A DNA stretch of 64,000 nucleotides from a virus (Duplodnaviria > Heunggongvirae > Uroviricota > Caudoviricetes), in IMG/VR virus record IMGVR_UViG_2778261667_000017; one strand, written 5' to 3'. Position 1 is the first letter of the stretch. The number at the start of each line of letters is the position of its first letter. A program made the translations under genes and the position numbers. Positions 48,065 through 62,373 of this stretch are shown here, piece after piece. The notes under the pieces are model-generated. The model was not told the origin of the DNA and searched no databases. It saw only the letters and a program-made list of their open reading frames with translations.

Positions 48065-48144
48065 AGTTAAGACATCTTAAATAAACTTGACTTAAGATTC
48101 CTTTGATAGATAATTTAAGTATTCTTTAATTTCGGAGCGAGTCT
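48065..48144. promoter_or_regulatory. OR operator/promoter region (PRM/PR) of prophage 2
   Basis: Divergent c2-cro intergenic region; operators inferred from position. Confidence 0.6.
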
Positions 48145-48330
48145 ATGTACAAGAAAGATGTTATCGACCACTTCGGAACCCAGCGTGCGGTAGCTAAAGC
48201 GTTAGGCATTAGCGATGCAGCAGTCTCTCAGTGGAAGGAAGTCATCCCAGAGAAAGACGCCTATCGACTGGAAGTCGTTACAGCTGGCGCCCTGAAGTAT
48301 CAAGAAAGTGCTTATCGCAAAGCGGCATAA
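48145..48330 (+). CDS. cro: Cro (P22-type), 61 aa
   Basis: Small HTH protein divergent from c2; GGAG RBS. Confidence 0.9.
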   Translation: MYKKDVIDHFGTQRAVAKALGISDAAVSQWKEVIPEKDAYRLEVVTAGALKYQESAYRKAA

Positions 48331-48438
48331 GCAAATTGCTCTTTAACAGTCATGGTCCTTATTCCCGCCGAAATGCGGGAATACAACGCGCATCAGTTGG
48401 TGCGTATAACTTCTTATTTGTTAAGGAAATACTTACAT

Positions 48439-48717
48439 ATGCAACTTACAAGTACTCGCAAGAAAGCGAATGCAATCACAAGCAACATCCTGAATCGAAT
48501 TGCTGTACGTGGTCAGCGAAAGGTTGCTGATGCATTAGGGATTAATGAATCGCAAATTTCGCGATGGAAAGACAGCTTTATCCCAAAGATGGCCATGCTT
48601 CTGGCTGTGCTGGAGTGGGGTGTTGAAGACGAGGAATTAGCAAAGCTAGCAAAGAAAGTAGCCATGGTGCTGACAAAAGAAAAGCCTCAAGACTGCTGCA
48701 ACAGTTTTGAGGCCTGA
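48439..48717 (+). CDS. c1: C1 (CII-like activator), 92 aa
   Basis: MQLTSTRKKANAITSNILNRIAVRGQRKVADALGINESQISRWK matches P22 C1; AAGGA RBS. Confidence 0.85.
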   Translation: MQLTSTRKKANAITSNILNRIAVRGQRKVADALGINESQISRWKDSFIPKMAMLLAVLEWGVEDEELAKLAKKVAMVLTKEKPQDCCNSFEA

Positions 48718-48751
48718 TGTAGAAAGACTGGATCAATCCACAGGAGTCATT

Positions 48752-49651
48752 ATGACAAATACAGCAAAAATACTCAACTTCGGCAGAGGTAACTTTGCCG
48801 GACAGGAGCGTAATGTGGCAGATCTCGATGATGGTTACGCCAGACTATCAAATATGCTGCTTGAGGCTTATTCAGGCGCAGATCTGACCAAGCGACAGTT
48901 TAAAGTGCTGCTTGCCATTCTGCGTAAAACCTATGGGTGGAATAAACCAATGGACAGAATCACCGATTCTCAACTTAGCGAGATTACAAAGTTACCTGTC
49001 AAACGGTGCAATGAAGCCAAGTTAGAACTCGTCAGAATGAATATTATCAAGCAGCAAGGCGGCATGTTTGGACCAAATAAAAACATCTCAGAATGGTGTA
49101 TCCCTCAAAACGAGGGAAAATCCCCTAAAACGAGGGATAAAACATCCCTCAAATTGGGGGATTGCTATCCCTCAAAACAGGGGGACACAAAAGACACTAT
49201 TACAAAAGAAAAAAGAAAAGATTATTCGTCCGAGAATTCTGGCGAATCCTCTGACCAGCCAGAAAACGATCTTTCTGTGGTTAAACCGGATGCTGCAATT
49301 CAGAGCGGCAGCAAGTGGGGGACAGCAGAAGACCTGACCGCCGCAGAGTGGATGTTTGACATGGTGAAGACTATCGCACCATCAGCCAGAAAACCGAATT
49401 TTGCTGGGTGGGCTAACGATATCCGCCTGATGCGTGAACGTGACGGACGTAACCATCGCGACATGTGTGTACTGTTCCGCTGGGCATGCCAGGACAACTT
49501 CTGGTCCGGTAACGTGCTTAGCCCGGCCAAACTCCGCGACAAGTGGACCCAGCTCGAAATCAACCGTAACAAGCAACAGGCAGTCGTGACAGCCAGCAAA
49601 CCAAAACTCGACCTGACAAACACAGACTGGATTTACGGGGTGGATCTATGA
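48752..49651 (+). CDS. O: Replication initiator O (lambda), 299 aa
   Basis: Near-identity to remembered lambda O; contains ori iterons. Confidence 0.95.
   Translation: MTNTAKILNFGRGNFAGQERNVADLDDGYARLSNMLLEAYSGADLTKRQFKVLLAILRKTYGWNKPMDRITDSQLSEITKLPVKRCNEAKLELVRMNIIKQQGGMFGPNKNISEWCIPQNEGKSPKTRDKTSLKLGDCYPSKQGDTKDTITKEKRKDYSSENSGESSDQPENDLSVVKPDAAIQSGSKWGTAEDLTAAEWMFDMVKTIAPSARKPNFAGWANDIRLMRERDGRNHRDMCVLFRWACQDNFWSGNVLSPAKLRDKWTQLEINRNKQQAVVTASKPKLDLTNTDWIYGVDL
49100..49230. repeat. Lambda origin of replication: four iterons plus AT-rich region inside O
   Basis: Repeats of tccctcaaaacgaggga-type 18-19-mers followed by an A-rich tract. Confidence 0.8.
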
Positions 49652-50349
49652 AAAACATCGCCGCACAGATGGTTAACTTTGACCGTGAGCAGATGCGTCG
49701 GATCGCCAACAACATGCCGGAACAGTACGACGAAAAGCCGCAGGTACAGCAGGTAGCGCAGATCATCAACGGTGTGTTCAGCCAGTTACTGGCAACTTTC
49801 CCGGCGAGTCTGGCTAACCGTGACCAGAACGAACTGAACGAAATCCGCCGCCAGTGGGTTCTGGCTTTCCGGGAAAACGGGATCACCACAATGGAACAGG
49901 TTAACGCAGGAATGCGCGTAGCCCGTCGGCAGAATCGACCATTTCTGCCATCACCCGGGCAGTTTGTTGCATGGTGCCGGGAAGAAGCATCCGTTATCGC
50001 CGGACTGCCAAACGTCAGCGAGCTGGTTGATATGGTTTACGAGTATTGCCGGAAGCGAGGCCTGTATCCGGATGCGGAGTCTTATCCGTGGAAATCAAAC
50101 GCGCACTACTGGCTGGTTACCAACCTGTATCAGAACATGCGGGCCAATGCGCTTACTGATGCGGAATTACGCCGTAAGGCCGCAGATGAGCTTGTCCATA
50201 TGACTGCGAGAATTAACCGTGGTGAGGCGATCCCTGAACCAGTAAAACAACTTCCTGTCATGGGCGGTAGACCTCTAAATCGTGCACAGGCTCTGGCGAA
50301 GATCGCAGAAATCAAAGCTAAGTTCGGACTGAAAGGAGCAAGTGTATGA
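49648..50349 (+). CDS. P: Replication protein P (DnaB loader), 233 aa
   Basis: Near-identity to remembered lambda P. Confidence 0.95.
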   Translation: MKNIAAQMVNFDREQMRRIANNMPEQYDEKPQVQQVAQIINGVFSQLLATFPASLANRDQNELNEIRRQWVLAFRENGITTMEQVNAGMRVARRQNRPFLPSPGQFVAWCREEASVIAGLPNVSELVDMVYEYCRKRGLYPDAESYPWKSNAHYWLVTNLYQNMRANALTDAELRRKAADELVHMTARINRGEAIPEPVKQLPVMGGRPLNRAQALAKIAEIKAKFGLKGASV

Positions 50350-50636
50350 CGGGCAAAGAGGCAATTATTCATTACCTGGGGACGCATAATAGCTTCTGTG
50401 CGCCGGACGTTGCCGCGCTAACAGGCGCAACAGTAACCAGCATAAATCAGGCCGCGGCTAAAATGGCACGGGCAGGTCTTCTGGTTATCGAAGGTAAGGT
50501 CTGGCGAACGGTGTATTACCGGTTTGCTACCAGGGAAGAACGGGAAGGAAAGATGAGCACGAACCTGGTTTTTAAGGAGTGTCGCCAGAGTGCCGCGATG
50601 AAACGGGTATTGGCGGTATATGGAGTTAAAAGATGA
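50346..50636 (+). CDS. ren: Ren, 96 aa
   Basis: Size, position and sequence match lambda Ren. Confidence 0.9.
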   Translation: MTGKEAIIHYLGTHNSFCAPDVAALTGATVTSINQAAAKMARAGLLVIEGKVWRTVYYRFATREEREGKMSTNLVFKECRQSAAMKRVLAVYGVKR

Positions 50637-50659
50637 CCATCTACATTACTGAGCTAATA

Positions 50660-50695
50660 ACAGGCCTGCTGGTAATCGCAGGCCTTTTTATTTGG
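50660..50695 (+). terminator. tR2-like rho-independent terminator
   Basis: Hairpin aggcctgc-tggtaatc-gcaggcct followed by ttttatttg, between ren and ninB. Confidence 0.7.
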
Positions 50696-50709
50696 GGGAG
50701 AGGGAAGTC

Positions 50710-51150
50710 ATGAAAAAACTAACCTTTGAAATTCGATCTCCAGCACATCAGCAAAACGCTATTCACGCAGTACAGCAAATCCTTCCAGACCCAACCAAAC
50801 CAATCGTAGTAACCATTCAGGAACGCAACCGCAGCTTAGACCAAAACAGGAAGCTATGGGCCTGCTTAGGTGACGTCTCTCGTCAGGTTGAATGGCATGG
50901 TCGCTGGCTGGATGCAGAAAGCTGGAAGTGTGTGTTTACCGCAGCATTAAAGCAGCAGGATGTTGTTCCTAACCTTGCCGGGAATGGCTTTGTGGTAATA
51001 GGCCAGTCAACCAGCAGGATGCGTGTAGGCGAATTTGCGGAGCTATTAGAGCTTATACAGGCATTCGGTACAGAGCGTGGCGTTAAGTGGTCAGACGAAG
51101 CGCGACTGGCTCTCGAATGGAAAGCGCGATGGGGAGACAGGGCGGCATGA
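50710..51150 (+). CDS. ninB: NinB (recombination mediator), 146 aa
   Basis: Near-identity to remembered lambda NinB. Confidence 0.9.
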   Translation: MKKLTFEIRSPAHQQNAIHAVQQILPDPTKPIVVTIQERNRSLDQNRKLWACLGDVSRQVEWHGRWLDAESWKCVFTAALKQQDVVPNLAGNGFVVIGQSTSRMRVGEFAELLELIQAFGTERGVKWSDEARLALEWKARWGDRAA

Positions 51151-51323
51151 GACGACAGCGACGAAGTATCACCGACATCATCTGCGAAAACTGCAAATAC
51201 CTTCCAACGAAGCGCTCCAGAAATAAACGCAAGCCAATCCCAAAAGAATCTGACGTAAAAACCTTCAATTACACAGCTCACCTGTGGGATATCCGGTGGC
51301 TAAGATATTGTGCGAGGAAATGA
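51147..51323 (+). CDS. ninE: NinE-like small protein, 58 aa
   Basis: [52 protein letters not shown] as remembered for nin-region small ORF; follows ninB directly, so ninC appears absent. Confidence 0.7.
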   Translation: MRRQRRSITDIICENCKYLPTKRSRNKRKPIPKESDVKTFNYTAHLWDIRWLRYCARK

Positions 51324-51325
51324 CA

Positions 51326-51667
51326 ATGGATTATTCACAGTTAAGTGATTTTGAAATTAACAGAATGGTAGGAGACATAATTTTTAAAGGCCTTTGGGCA
51401 AGTAAACCGGAAACATCAGGGAATAACACCAACAAATGGTATTACGGAAATGCTGATACAACTTTTGAGCCATTAAATCATTTGCCTGACTACTGCAATG
51501 ATCCGAGCGCTTCATGGCCGATTATTGAGAAATACAGGATTTCTATCTTAGACCAGTTAACTGAATGGTGTGTGGATGCAAAAGGCGTAAGCCCAATATT
51601 TGATACCAGACCTCTCCGCGCCGCCATGATTGTCTTTCTCCTGATGCAGGAGGCCAATAATGCTTAG
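51326..51667 (+). CDS. Hypothetical nin-region protein, 113 aa
   Basis: ORF with GAGGA RBS; family uncertain. Confidence 0.55.
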   Translation: MDYSQLSDFEINRMVGDIIFKGLWASKPETSGNNTNKWYYGNADTTFEPLNHLPDYCNDPSASWPIIEKYRISILDQLTEWCVDAKGVSPIFDTRPLRAAMIVFLLMQEANNA

Positions 51668-51881
51668 CCCATCTCAATCCCTTCAATCCCTTCAATCCCT
51701 TCAATCCCTTCAATACCTGAAAGGAAGCATAGAGCGGGCTTCAATGTGCACAGAGTGGATTCTATCTAGGTTTAGCGCATACAGAAGATTGCCGGTAAAG
51801 GGCATGCCAAGCAAGTCGATGCTGCATATGCAAAAGAATGCGCGCTGGAAGGTATGGCGAGAACACAGGTTATCTGGCTGA
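51660..51881 (+). CDS. Hypothetical small protein containing an in-frame 9-bp tandem repeat
   Basis: Five tandem copies of ttcaatccc-type unit (51674-51718) encoding (SLQ)n. Confidence 0.45.
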   Translation: MLSPSQSLQSLQSLQSLQYLKGSIERASMCTEWILSRFSAYRRLPVKGMPSKSMLHMQKNARWKVWREHRLSG

Positions 51882-51900
51882 AAGAGGGGGTTATTAAGGC

Positions 51901-52263
51901 GTGAATACCTACAGCATCACATTACCCTGGCCTCCGAGCAATAATCGCTATTACCGCCATAATCGCGGGCGCACGCACGTCAGCGCAGAGGGGCAGGCAT
52001 ACCGCGATAACGTCGCCCGAATCATTAAAAACGCAATGCTGGATATCGGCCTGGCTATGCCTGTGAAAATCCGCATTGAGTGCCACATGCCGGATCGCCG
52101 TCGCCGTGACCTGGATAATCTGCAAAAAGCCGCTTTTGACGCACTCACTAAAGCAGGTTTCTGGCTGGATGATGCTCAGGTCGTTGATTACCGCGTTGTG
52201 AAGATGCCTGTTACCAAAGGTGGGAGGCTGGAACTGACCATCACCGAAATGGGGAATGAATGA
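51901..52263 (+). CDS. rusA: RusA Holliday junction resolvase, 120 aa
   Basis: Matches remembered DLP12 RusA. Confidence 0.95.
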   Translation: MNTYSITLPWPPSNNRYYRHNRGRTHVSAEGQAYRDNVARIIKNAMLDIGLAMPVKIRIECHMPDRRRRDLDNLQKAAFDALTKAGFWLDDAQVVDYRVVKMPVTKGGRLELTITEMGNE

Positions 52264-52400
52264 TGTTTGAGTTTAATATGGCAGAACTTCTTCGCCACCG
52301 CTGGGGGCGTCTGCGCTTATATCGTTTCCCCGGTTCTGTTTTGACCGATTACCGAATACTGAAGAATTACGCCAAAACACTGACAGGAGCAGGAGTATGA
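52260..52400 (+). CDS. ylcG: YlcG-like small protein, 46 aa
   Basis: Translated from sequence ([46 protein letters not shown]); overlaps rusA stop. Confidence 0.65.
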   Translation: MMFEFNMAELLRHRWGRLRLYRFPGSVLTDYRILKNYAKTLTGAGV

Positions 52401-52485
52401 AGTCAGAGATAACAATCAACTAATACTGTTTTGTTGATTTTTGCTTGTAATTGGCGTTCTGGTCTGAGTTTTGTGGAGTAAGTTG

Positions 52486-52863
52486 ATGCGTGATATTCAG
52501 ATGGTTCTTGAGCGTTGGGGAGCGTGGGCGGCTAATAATCATGAAGATGTGACCTGGTCGTCCATTGCCGCCGGTTTTAAGGGATTAATTCCTTCAAAAG
52601 TAAAATCTCGCCCACAATGTTGTGACGATGACGCGATGATCATTTGCGGGTGCATGGCCCGTCTGAAAAAGAACAACAGCGATTTGCATGATTTATTGGT
52701 GGACTATTATGTCGGCGGCATGACTTTTATGGCGCTTGCACGTAAGCATGGGCGATCTGATTGTTGGGTTGGCAGGATGCTCCAGAAAGCTGAGGGCGTA
52801 GTGGAGGGTATGCTGATGGTGTTGGATCTCCGATTGGAGATGGATGCTGATTGTTCGAAATAA
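52486..52863 (+). CDS. Q: Late antiterminator Q (QuuD-like), 127 aa
   Basis: Matches remembered DLP12 QuuD; precedes late promoter/terminator. Confidence 0.9.
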   Translation: MRDIQMVLERWGAWAANNHEDVTWSSIAAGFKGLIPSKVKSRPQCCDDDAMIICGCMARLKKNNSDLHDLLVDYYVGGMTFMALARKHGRSDCWVGRMLQKAEGVVEGMLMVLDLRLEMDADCSK

Positions 52864-52959
52864 TTAAAGGAAAAGTTGCTGTCTGATTGTCATTAGTCTA
52901 ACATTTTAAATGTTGGAATCGCAACGTAGTTATTATCATATAACAGCTTGTTTCCTGAT

Positions 52960-52990
52960 TTAGCCAGCCTCCCCAAAGGCTGGTTTTTTT
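52960..52990 (+). terminator. tR'-like terminator downstream of Q
   Basis: Hairpin ccagcc-tccccaaa-ggctgg followed by ttttttt. Confidence 0.55.
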
Positions 52991-53018
52991 CTAATAAGTA
53001 TTATTTCGAGTAGGGATT

Positions 53019-53543
53019 TTATTGTTTAACCCATAATAATTCATTGACATTGAATCCCAACTTTTGAGCGGTTCGCACATAGTCTGCTTTTACTTTATCT
53101 GGAATAGTTGGGGTCCTTGCCAGAATCCATAGGTATTCTCTGTTCGGACCACTGACAAGAGCATACTTATACTCATCATCCAGTTTGATTACATTATAGC
53201 CACCATAGAAGGGGCCAAAAAACGAAACCTTCAACGCTGCAGTTTTAGTATCTCCAGTAAAGTATGCTTTACCTTCGCTCTCGCTCCATTTATTTTTCGT
53301 TGGATCGTATCCACGGTTAAGTACACGAATCCCTCCGTCGTTCCGTTTTCCATAAGTAGCGCTGACCTGTTCCAGACCACGTTCGAACCGGTTCTCGAGG
53401 CGAGCTATTTCATACCACTTTCCGAGGTAGCGGTTGGCGTCAAAATTTGTAATCGGCTGCACACCTTTAGGTGGTGTCGGGGCCTTACATGCTATAAGAG
53501 TGAAAGAGAGTGCAATGCCAGTCAACACAGGCCATAACATCAT
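53019..53543 (-). CDS. Blc-like bacterial lipocalin lipoprotein, 174 aa (moron)
   Basis: Lipoprotein signal with lipobox (LIAC) and lipocalin motifs (NRYLGKWYEIARL). Confidence 0.85.
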   Translation of the reverse strand: MMLWPVLTGIALSFTLIACKAPTPPKGVQPITNFDANRYLGKWYEIARLENRFERGLEQVSATYGKRNDGGIRVLNRGYDPTKNKWSESEGKAYFTGDTKTAALKVSFFGPFYGGYNVIKLDDEYKYALVSGPNREYLWILARTPTIPDKVKADYVRTAQKLGFNVNELLWVKQ

Positions 53544-53735
53544 AATAAATCCTGTACTTTTGATAGTTGAGAGTAAGTATGAAAGATAGATGATTACGAC
53601 CGATCACTTAAAGAACTTTCATACTATATTAGGAATAGTCCATAACAGAAAAATTGTCAGTGATGACGCCATAAAGGCAATTTAGTCCGTGCACTACACA
53701 GTTTATGTGTTAATGAATTAGTCAAGGGGGAGGAT

Positions 53736-54695
53736 ATGATAAAAAAACCTGTGATTGGAATCAGCGGTTGTTTGGCCGGTTCTGCTGTTCGTTTTGATGG
53801 TGGTCACAAAAGAGCTGACTTTTTAATGGACAAATTAGTGGAATGGGTAACATTCAGACCAGTATGTCCGGAAATGGCTATAGGGCTGCCAGTTCCGCGT
53901 CCTGCTCTACGTCTTGTGCGCTCGACGCAAGGAAATATACGGATGTGTTTCAGCCACGACCAGAATGAGGATGTGACAGAGAGAATGACAGAGTTTAGTC
54001 GTTCTTATATGGACAAATTAAAGGATGTATCGGGGTTTGTGGTTTGTGCTAAATCTCCCAGCTGTGGCATGGAGCGCGTGCGTGTCTATGATGAAAATGG
54101 TAATCGAGGTCGTAAAGATGGAGTGGGACTATTTACGAGCACTTTGATGGAAAAGTTTTCCTGGCTACCGGTTGAAGAGGATGGGCGATTACATGATCCA
54201 GTGCTTCGTGAGAATTTTGTTGAAAGAGTTTTTGCTTTGCATGAGCTCAATCACCTTTACAAGGAGAAATTATCAAGAAGAGAGTTATTAGCTTTTCATA
54301 GTCGTTATAAGCTTCAGTTGTTGGCGCATAGTCAGGCAGGCTATAAAGATATGGGACCATTTGTGGCTGCAATACACGAGTGGGCGGACCTTGAATCATA
54401 CTTTGAGGTGTATCGTGATAAGCTGATGGCGATTCTCAGAAAACCTGCATCACGTAAAAATCACACGAATGTGCTGATGCATATACAGGGGTATTTTAGT
54501 AACTACTTAAGTACACGCCAGCGTAAAGAGTTGAGCGAGGTTATACTTAACTATCGTTCTGGCACATTACCTCTTCTTGCGCCGTTGACTCTGCTGAAGC
54601 ATTATCTGGGTGAGTATCCTAATGATTACTTGCTTACACAGAATTACTTCGATCCCTATCCGGACGAACTGGCTCTAAGACTGATGGTAAATTAA
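53736..54695 (+). CDS. DUF523 (TudS-like thiouracil desulfurase) / DUF1722 fusion protein, 319 aa (moron)
   Basis: N-terminal Cys motifs (GISGCLAG, CPEMAIGLPVPRP, CAKSPSCG) typical of DUF523; YbgA-like C-terminal half. Confidence 0.7.
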   Translation: MIKKPVIGISGCLAGSAVRFDGGHKRADFLMDKLVEWVTFRPVCPEMAIGLPVPRPALRLVRSTQGNIRMCFSHDQNEDVTERMTEFSRSYMDKLKDVSGFVVCAKSPSCGMERVRVYDENGNRGRKDGVGLFTSTLMEKFSWLPVEEDGRLHDPVLRENFVERVFALHELNHLYKEKLSRRELLAFHSRYKLQLLAHSQAGYKDMGPFVAAIHEWADLESYFEVYRDKLMAILRKPASRKNHTNVLMHIQGYFSNYLSTRQRKELSEVILNYRSGTLPLLAPLTLLKHYLGEYPNDYLLTQNYFDPYPDELALRLMVN

Positions 54696-55036
54696 TTGTA
54701 TGCGATATCATCCAAAAGGATGAGTTCCTGCATGCAGGATATTTACAATCGTAAAAACCACACTATGATACCCAGAGTGTCAGTTTGTATAAAAACTCTG
54801 TTTACGCTGAAGAAACAATTGAGATGCAACTTAAAGTTGGTAAACATGCCAGTCAAAATATATAATATTATGATTCCACGCAGCTATATATAATATAACA
54901 GATTGGTTTAATAATTTGTCTTTGTGAGTTAAATACATAATTTTATACTTGTGATGCAATGAAATTTTCCTTATTGTTGAACTGGCGAATATTGATTTTC
55001 CACCTATACTTACCTGTGTAACCCCAATGATATCAG

Positions 55037-55777
55037 GTGGATAATATGCCATACATATGTTCTATCATTTTGGTGTTGAACTCGTTTGATGTCCGAATTG
55101 GTAAAGAAGATATTTTGTTTAAAAAAGGAAGTGCTGTTCTCATTGATTACAATTTAAAAGATTTTTTTTCATCAAATATAGATCATGTAATGATCGTAGA
55201 TGTTGAAGAGAAAACAGTTAATGATTTCTTTAAAAGCAACACACTCTCACCTTTTTCTGTAAGAAGGTTTTATCCGGCATACTTGATGGTGGAATGTGAA
55301 GATTTTTCATTGTTAAAGAACTTGATTGCATGCTTGAATTGTGATGGCAGAACTGTGGATTTTGTTAGAAATCAAATATCACTTGCATGTCTTGCTATCT
55401 TATCTTCAGAGAAAATAGTGCAAAGTTTTTTATTTGGATGTCTTAATAGTTTAGGAAGTAAAGTTAAGGCTATTATTCACACGGATATATCTGCAGCATG
55501 GAGACTTTGTGATATATCTTCAAGACTGTATCTGAGTGAAAGTCTGTTAAAAAGAAAATTAAAGCACGAAGGCTTATCATTTAGTAAGTTAATTCTTGAA
55601 GAGCGAATGGTGATGGCGGAAAGGTTATTAAGCTACAATTTATATTCTGTTGGAAAAGTTGCTGAGATATGCGGTTATGAAAACACGTCATATTTTGTAA
55701 GTGTTTTCAGAAGGTATTTTGGTGTTCCTCCCCATCAATATTCATCAAGATTTTTTTTAGAAAAAGACATGATGTAA
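55037..55777 (+). CDS. AraC-family transcriptional regulator, 246 aa (moron)
   Basis: C-terminal AraC-type HTH (VGKVAEICGYENTSYFVSVFRRYFGVPPHQY); AT-rich. Confidence 0.8.
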   Translation: MDNMPYICSIILVLNSFDVRIGKEDILFKKGSAVLIDYNLKDFFSSNIDHVMIVDVEEKTVNDFFKSNTLSPFSVRRFYPAYLMVECEDFSLLKNLIACLNCDGRTVDFVRNQISLACLAILSSEKIVQSFLFGCLNSLGSKVKAIIHTDISAAWRLCDISSRLYLSESLLKRKLKHEGLSFSKLILEERMVMAERLLSYNLYSVGKVAEICGYENTSYFVSVFRRYFGVPPHQYSSRFFLEKDMM

Positions 55778-55964
55778 CGTGATGCGTTTTAATGATTTTG
55801 TAATTTTCGTATTTGATAATTGTATGATGCTTTCAGCTACGCCAGAATAATCGCGGCGTTTTTCTTTTTGAATAGATGTTCAAGCCTTACGCTAATGTAA
55901 CTTCTATACCTTTCCTCTTCGTTCCGAACCGTGTACACCATCCGTTATTTGCGGAGGTGAGGCT

Positions 55965-56180
55965 ATGAAATCCATGGATAAGTTAACAACGGGCATTGCC
56001 TACGGCACCTCCGCAGGCAGTGCTGGCTACTGGTTTTTACAGCTGCTCGATAAAGTCACGCCCTCACAGTGGGCAGCAATAGGTGTGCTGGGTAGCTTGG
56101 TATTTGGCCTGCTGACGTACCTGACAAACCTTTATTTCAAGATTAAAGAAGATAAGCGCAAGGCTGCGAGAGGTGAATAA
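55965..56180 (+). CDS. Holin (EssD/lambda S-like class), 71 aa
   Basis: Small two-TM protein with charged C-terminus directly upstream of lysozyme. Confidence 0.8.
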   Translation: MKSMDKLTTGIAYGTSAGSAGYWFLQLLDKVTPSQWAAIGVLGSLVFGLLTYLTNLYFKIKEDKRKAARGE

Positions 56181-56677
56181 TGCCTCCATCATTACGAAAA
56201 GCCGTTGCTGCTGCTATTGGTGGCGGAGCAATTGCTATAGCATCAGTGTTAATCACTGGCCCAAGTGGTAACGATGGTCTGGAAGGTGTCAGCTACATAC
56301 CATACAAAGATATTGTTGGTGTATGGACTGTATGTCACGGGCATACAGGAAAAGACATCATGCTCGGTAAAACGTATACCAAAGCAGAATGCAAAGCCCT
56401 CCTGAATAAAGACCTTGCCACGGTCGCCAGACAAATTAACCCGTACATAAAAGTTGATATACCGGAAACAACGCGCGGCGCTCTTTACTTGTTCGTTTAC
56501 AACGTGGGCGCTGGCAATTTCAGAACATCGACGCTTCTTCGCAAAATAAACCAGGGCGATATCAAAGGCGCATGTGATCAGCTACGTCGCTGGACATATG
56601 CTGGCGGTAAGCAATGGAAAGGTCTCATGACTCGTCGTGAGATTGAGCGTGAAATCTGTTTGTGGGGTCAGCAATGA
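56180..56677 (+). CDS. Endolysin (T4-lysozyme-type muramidase), 165 aa
   Basis: Lysozyme family pattern; position in lysis cassette. Confidence 0.85.
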   Translation: MPPSLRKAVAAAIGGGAIAIASVLITGPSGNDGLEGVSYIPYKDIVGVWTVCHGHTGKDIMLGKTYTKAECKALLNKDLATVARQINPYIKVDIPETTRGALYLFVYNVGAGNFRTSTLLRKINQGDIKGACDQLRRWTYAGGKQWKGLMTRREIEREICLWGQQ

Positions 56678-57135
56678 ACAGAGTAACCGCGATTATCTCC
56701 GCTCTGGTTATCTGCATCATCGTTTGCCTGTCATGGGCTGTTAATCATTACCGTGATAACGCCATTACCTACAAAGCCCAGCGCGACAAAAATGCCAGAG
56801 AACTGAAGCTGGCGAACGCGGCAATTACTGACATGCAGATGCGTCAGCGTGATGTTGCTGCGCTCGATGCAAAATACACGAAGGAGTTAGCTGATGCGAA
56901 AGCTGAAAATGATGCTCTGCGTGATGATGTTGCCGCTGGTCGTCGTCGGTTGCACATCAAAGCAGTCTGTCAGTCAGTGCGTGAAGCCACCACCGCCTCC
57001 GGCGTGGATAATGCAGCCTCCCCCCGACTGGCAGACACCGCTGAACGGGATTATTTCACCCTCAGAGAGAGGCTGATCACTATGCAAAAACAACTGGAAG
57101 GAACCCAGAAGTATATTAATGAGCAGTGCAGATAG
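56662..57135 (+). CDS. Rz: Rz i-spanin, 157 aa
   Basis: N-terminal TM then coiled-coil; contains embedded Rz1. Confidence 0.85.
   Translation: MGSAMNRVTAIISALVICIIVCLSWAVNHYRDNAITYKAQRDKNARELKLANAAITDMQMRQRDVAALDAKYTKELADAKAENDALRDDVAAGRRRLHIKAVCQSVREATTASGVDNAASPRLADTAERDYFTLRERLITMQKQLEGTQKYINEQCR
56894..57076 (+). CDS. Rz1: Rz1 o-spanin lipoprotein (embedded in Rz), 60 aa
   Basis: Lipobox VVGC and proline-rich [15 protein letters not shown], matches lambda Rz1. Confidence 0.8.
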   Translation: MRKLKMMLCVMMLPLVVVGCTSKQSVSQCVKPPPPPAWIMQPPPDWQTPLNGIISPSERG

Positions 57136-57166
57136 AGCTGCCCATATCGATGGGCAACTCATGCAA

Positions 57167-57460
57167 TTATTGTGAGCAATACACACGCGCTTCCAGCGGA
57201 GTATAAATGCCTAAAGTAATAAAACCGAGAAATCCATTTACGAATGTTTGCTGGGTTTCTGTTTTAACAACATTTTCTGCGCCGCCACAAATTTTGGCTG
57301 CATCAACAGTTTTCTCCTGTCCAATTCCCGAAACGAAGAAATGATGGGTGATGGTTTCCTTTGGTGTTACTGCTGTCGGTTTGTTTCCAACAGTAAACGT
57401 CTGTTGAGCACATCCTGTAATAAGCATTGCCAGAGCGGCAGAAAACAACATTTTTTTCAT
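57167..57460 (-). CDS. bor: Bor lipoprotein (serum resistance), 97 aa
   Basis: Matches remembered lambda Bor; lipobox ITGC. Confidence 0.9.
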   Translation of the reverse strand: MKKMLFSAALAMLITGCAQQTFTVGNKPTAVTPKETITHHFFVSGIGQEKTVDAAKICGGAENVVKTETQQTFVNGFLGFITLGIYTPLEARVYCSQ

Positions 57461-57627
57461 CTTATTATCCTGCATTGTTAAAAACGGCAGAATCCTATGT
57501 GACAACAATTAAACGATAGTTAAATGGATTGATGAAAATTAAAACTATATAGGTGGATGCTCAGCCTATTGGAGGAGGGGGGGCACTCAGAATCCTGTGG
57601 AATGAAATAAACCGCTCTATCTGTCCA

Positions 57628-57852
57628 TTACCCTTTTAGCTGCGCTGTATCGTCGCCGTATTCCCGCATTAACCATGACCGTAGCCCGACGGGGAATTCC
57701 TTCTGCGTGAGTGTGCGGGAATAATCAAAAACGATGCTCACCGGGTTTTTACCGCGTTTATGGTTCGCGGGGGTGTCCCTCATGCTCGCCAGTCCTGTGC
57801 GGGGGTGGAAGAAACAGGACGTGTATTCAGGTCTGTGTGACTGTGGTCGCAA
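57628..57852 (-). CDS. Hypothetical protein (lambda p78 position), 74 aa
   Basis: ORF between bor and cos as in lambda. Confidence 0.35.
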   Translation of the reverse strand: MRPQSHRPEYTSCFFHPRTGLASMRDTPANHKRGKNPVSIVFDYSRTLTQKEFPVGLRSWLMREYGDDTAQLKG

Positions 57853-57879
57853 GACTTTTGTCGTTCAGCTATGAAATCC

Positions 57880-58120
57880 CATTACGAAGTAGACCAGAAC
57901 GGCCAACGGGTCCTTTCCGGCGATCCGACAGGTTACGGGGCGGCGACCTCGCGGGTTTTCGCTATTTATGAAAATTTTCCGGTTTAAGGCGTTTCCGTTC
58001 TTCTTCGTCGTAACTTAATGTTTTTATTTAAAATACCCCCTGAAAAGAAAGGAAACGACAGGTGCTGAAAGCGAGCTTTTTGGCCTCTGTCGTTTCCTTT
58101 CTCTGTTTTTGTCCGTGGAA
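57880..58120. other. cos: cos site (cosQ-cosN-cosB); 12-nt cohesive end GGGCGGCGACCT at 57938-57949
   Basis: Matches remembered lambda termini (...CGACAGGTTACG | GGGCGGCGACCTCGCGGGTTTTCGC). Confidence 0.85.
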
Positions 58121-58126
58121 TGAGCA

Positions 58127-58646
58127 ATGGAAGTCAACAAAAAGCAGCTGGCTGACATTTTCGGTGCGAGTATCCGTACCATTCAGAACTGGCAGGAACA
58201 GGGAATGCCCGTTCTGCGAGGCGGTGGCAAGGGTAATGAGGTGCTTTATGACTCTGCCGCCGTCATAAAATGGTATGCCGAAAGGGATGCTGAAATTGAG
58301 AACGAAAAGCTGCGCCGGGAGGTTGAAGAACTGCGGCAGGCCAGCGAGGCAGATCTCCAGCCAGGGACTATTGAGTACGAACGCCATCGACTTACGCGTG
58401 CGCAGGCCGACGCACAGGAACTGAAGAATGCCAGAGACTCCGCTGAAGTGGTGGAAACCGCATTCTGTACTTTCGTGTTGTCGCGGATCGCAGGTGAAAT
58501 TGCCAGTATTCTCGACGGGATCCCCCTGTCGGTGCAGCGGCGTTTTCCGGAACTGGAAAACCGACATGTTGATTTCCTGAAACGGGATATCATCAAAGCC
58601 ATGAACAAAGCAGCCGCGCTGGATGAACTGATACCGGGGTTGCTGA

Positions 58647-58672
<26 letters not shown>
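58127..58672 (+). CDS. Nu1: Terminase small subunit Nu1, 181 aa
   Basis: Near-identity to remembered lambda Nu1. Confidence 0.95.
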
Positions 58673-62353
<3,681 letters not shown>

Positions 62354-62373
<20 letters not shown>

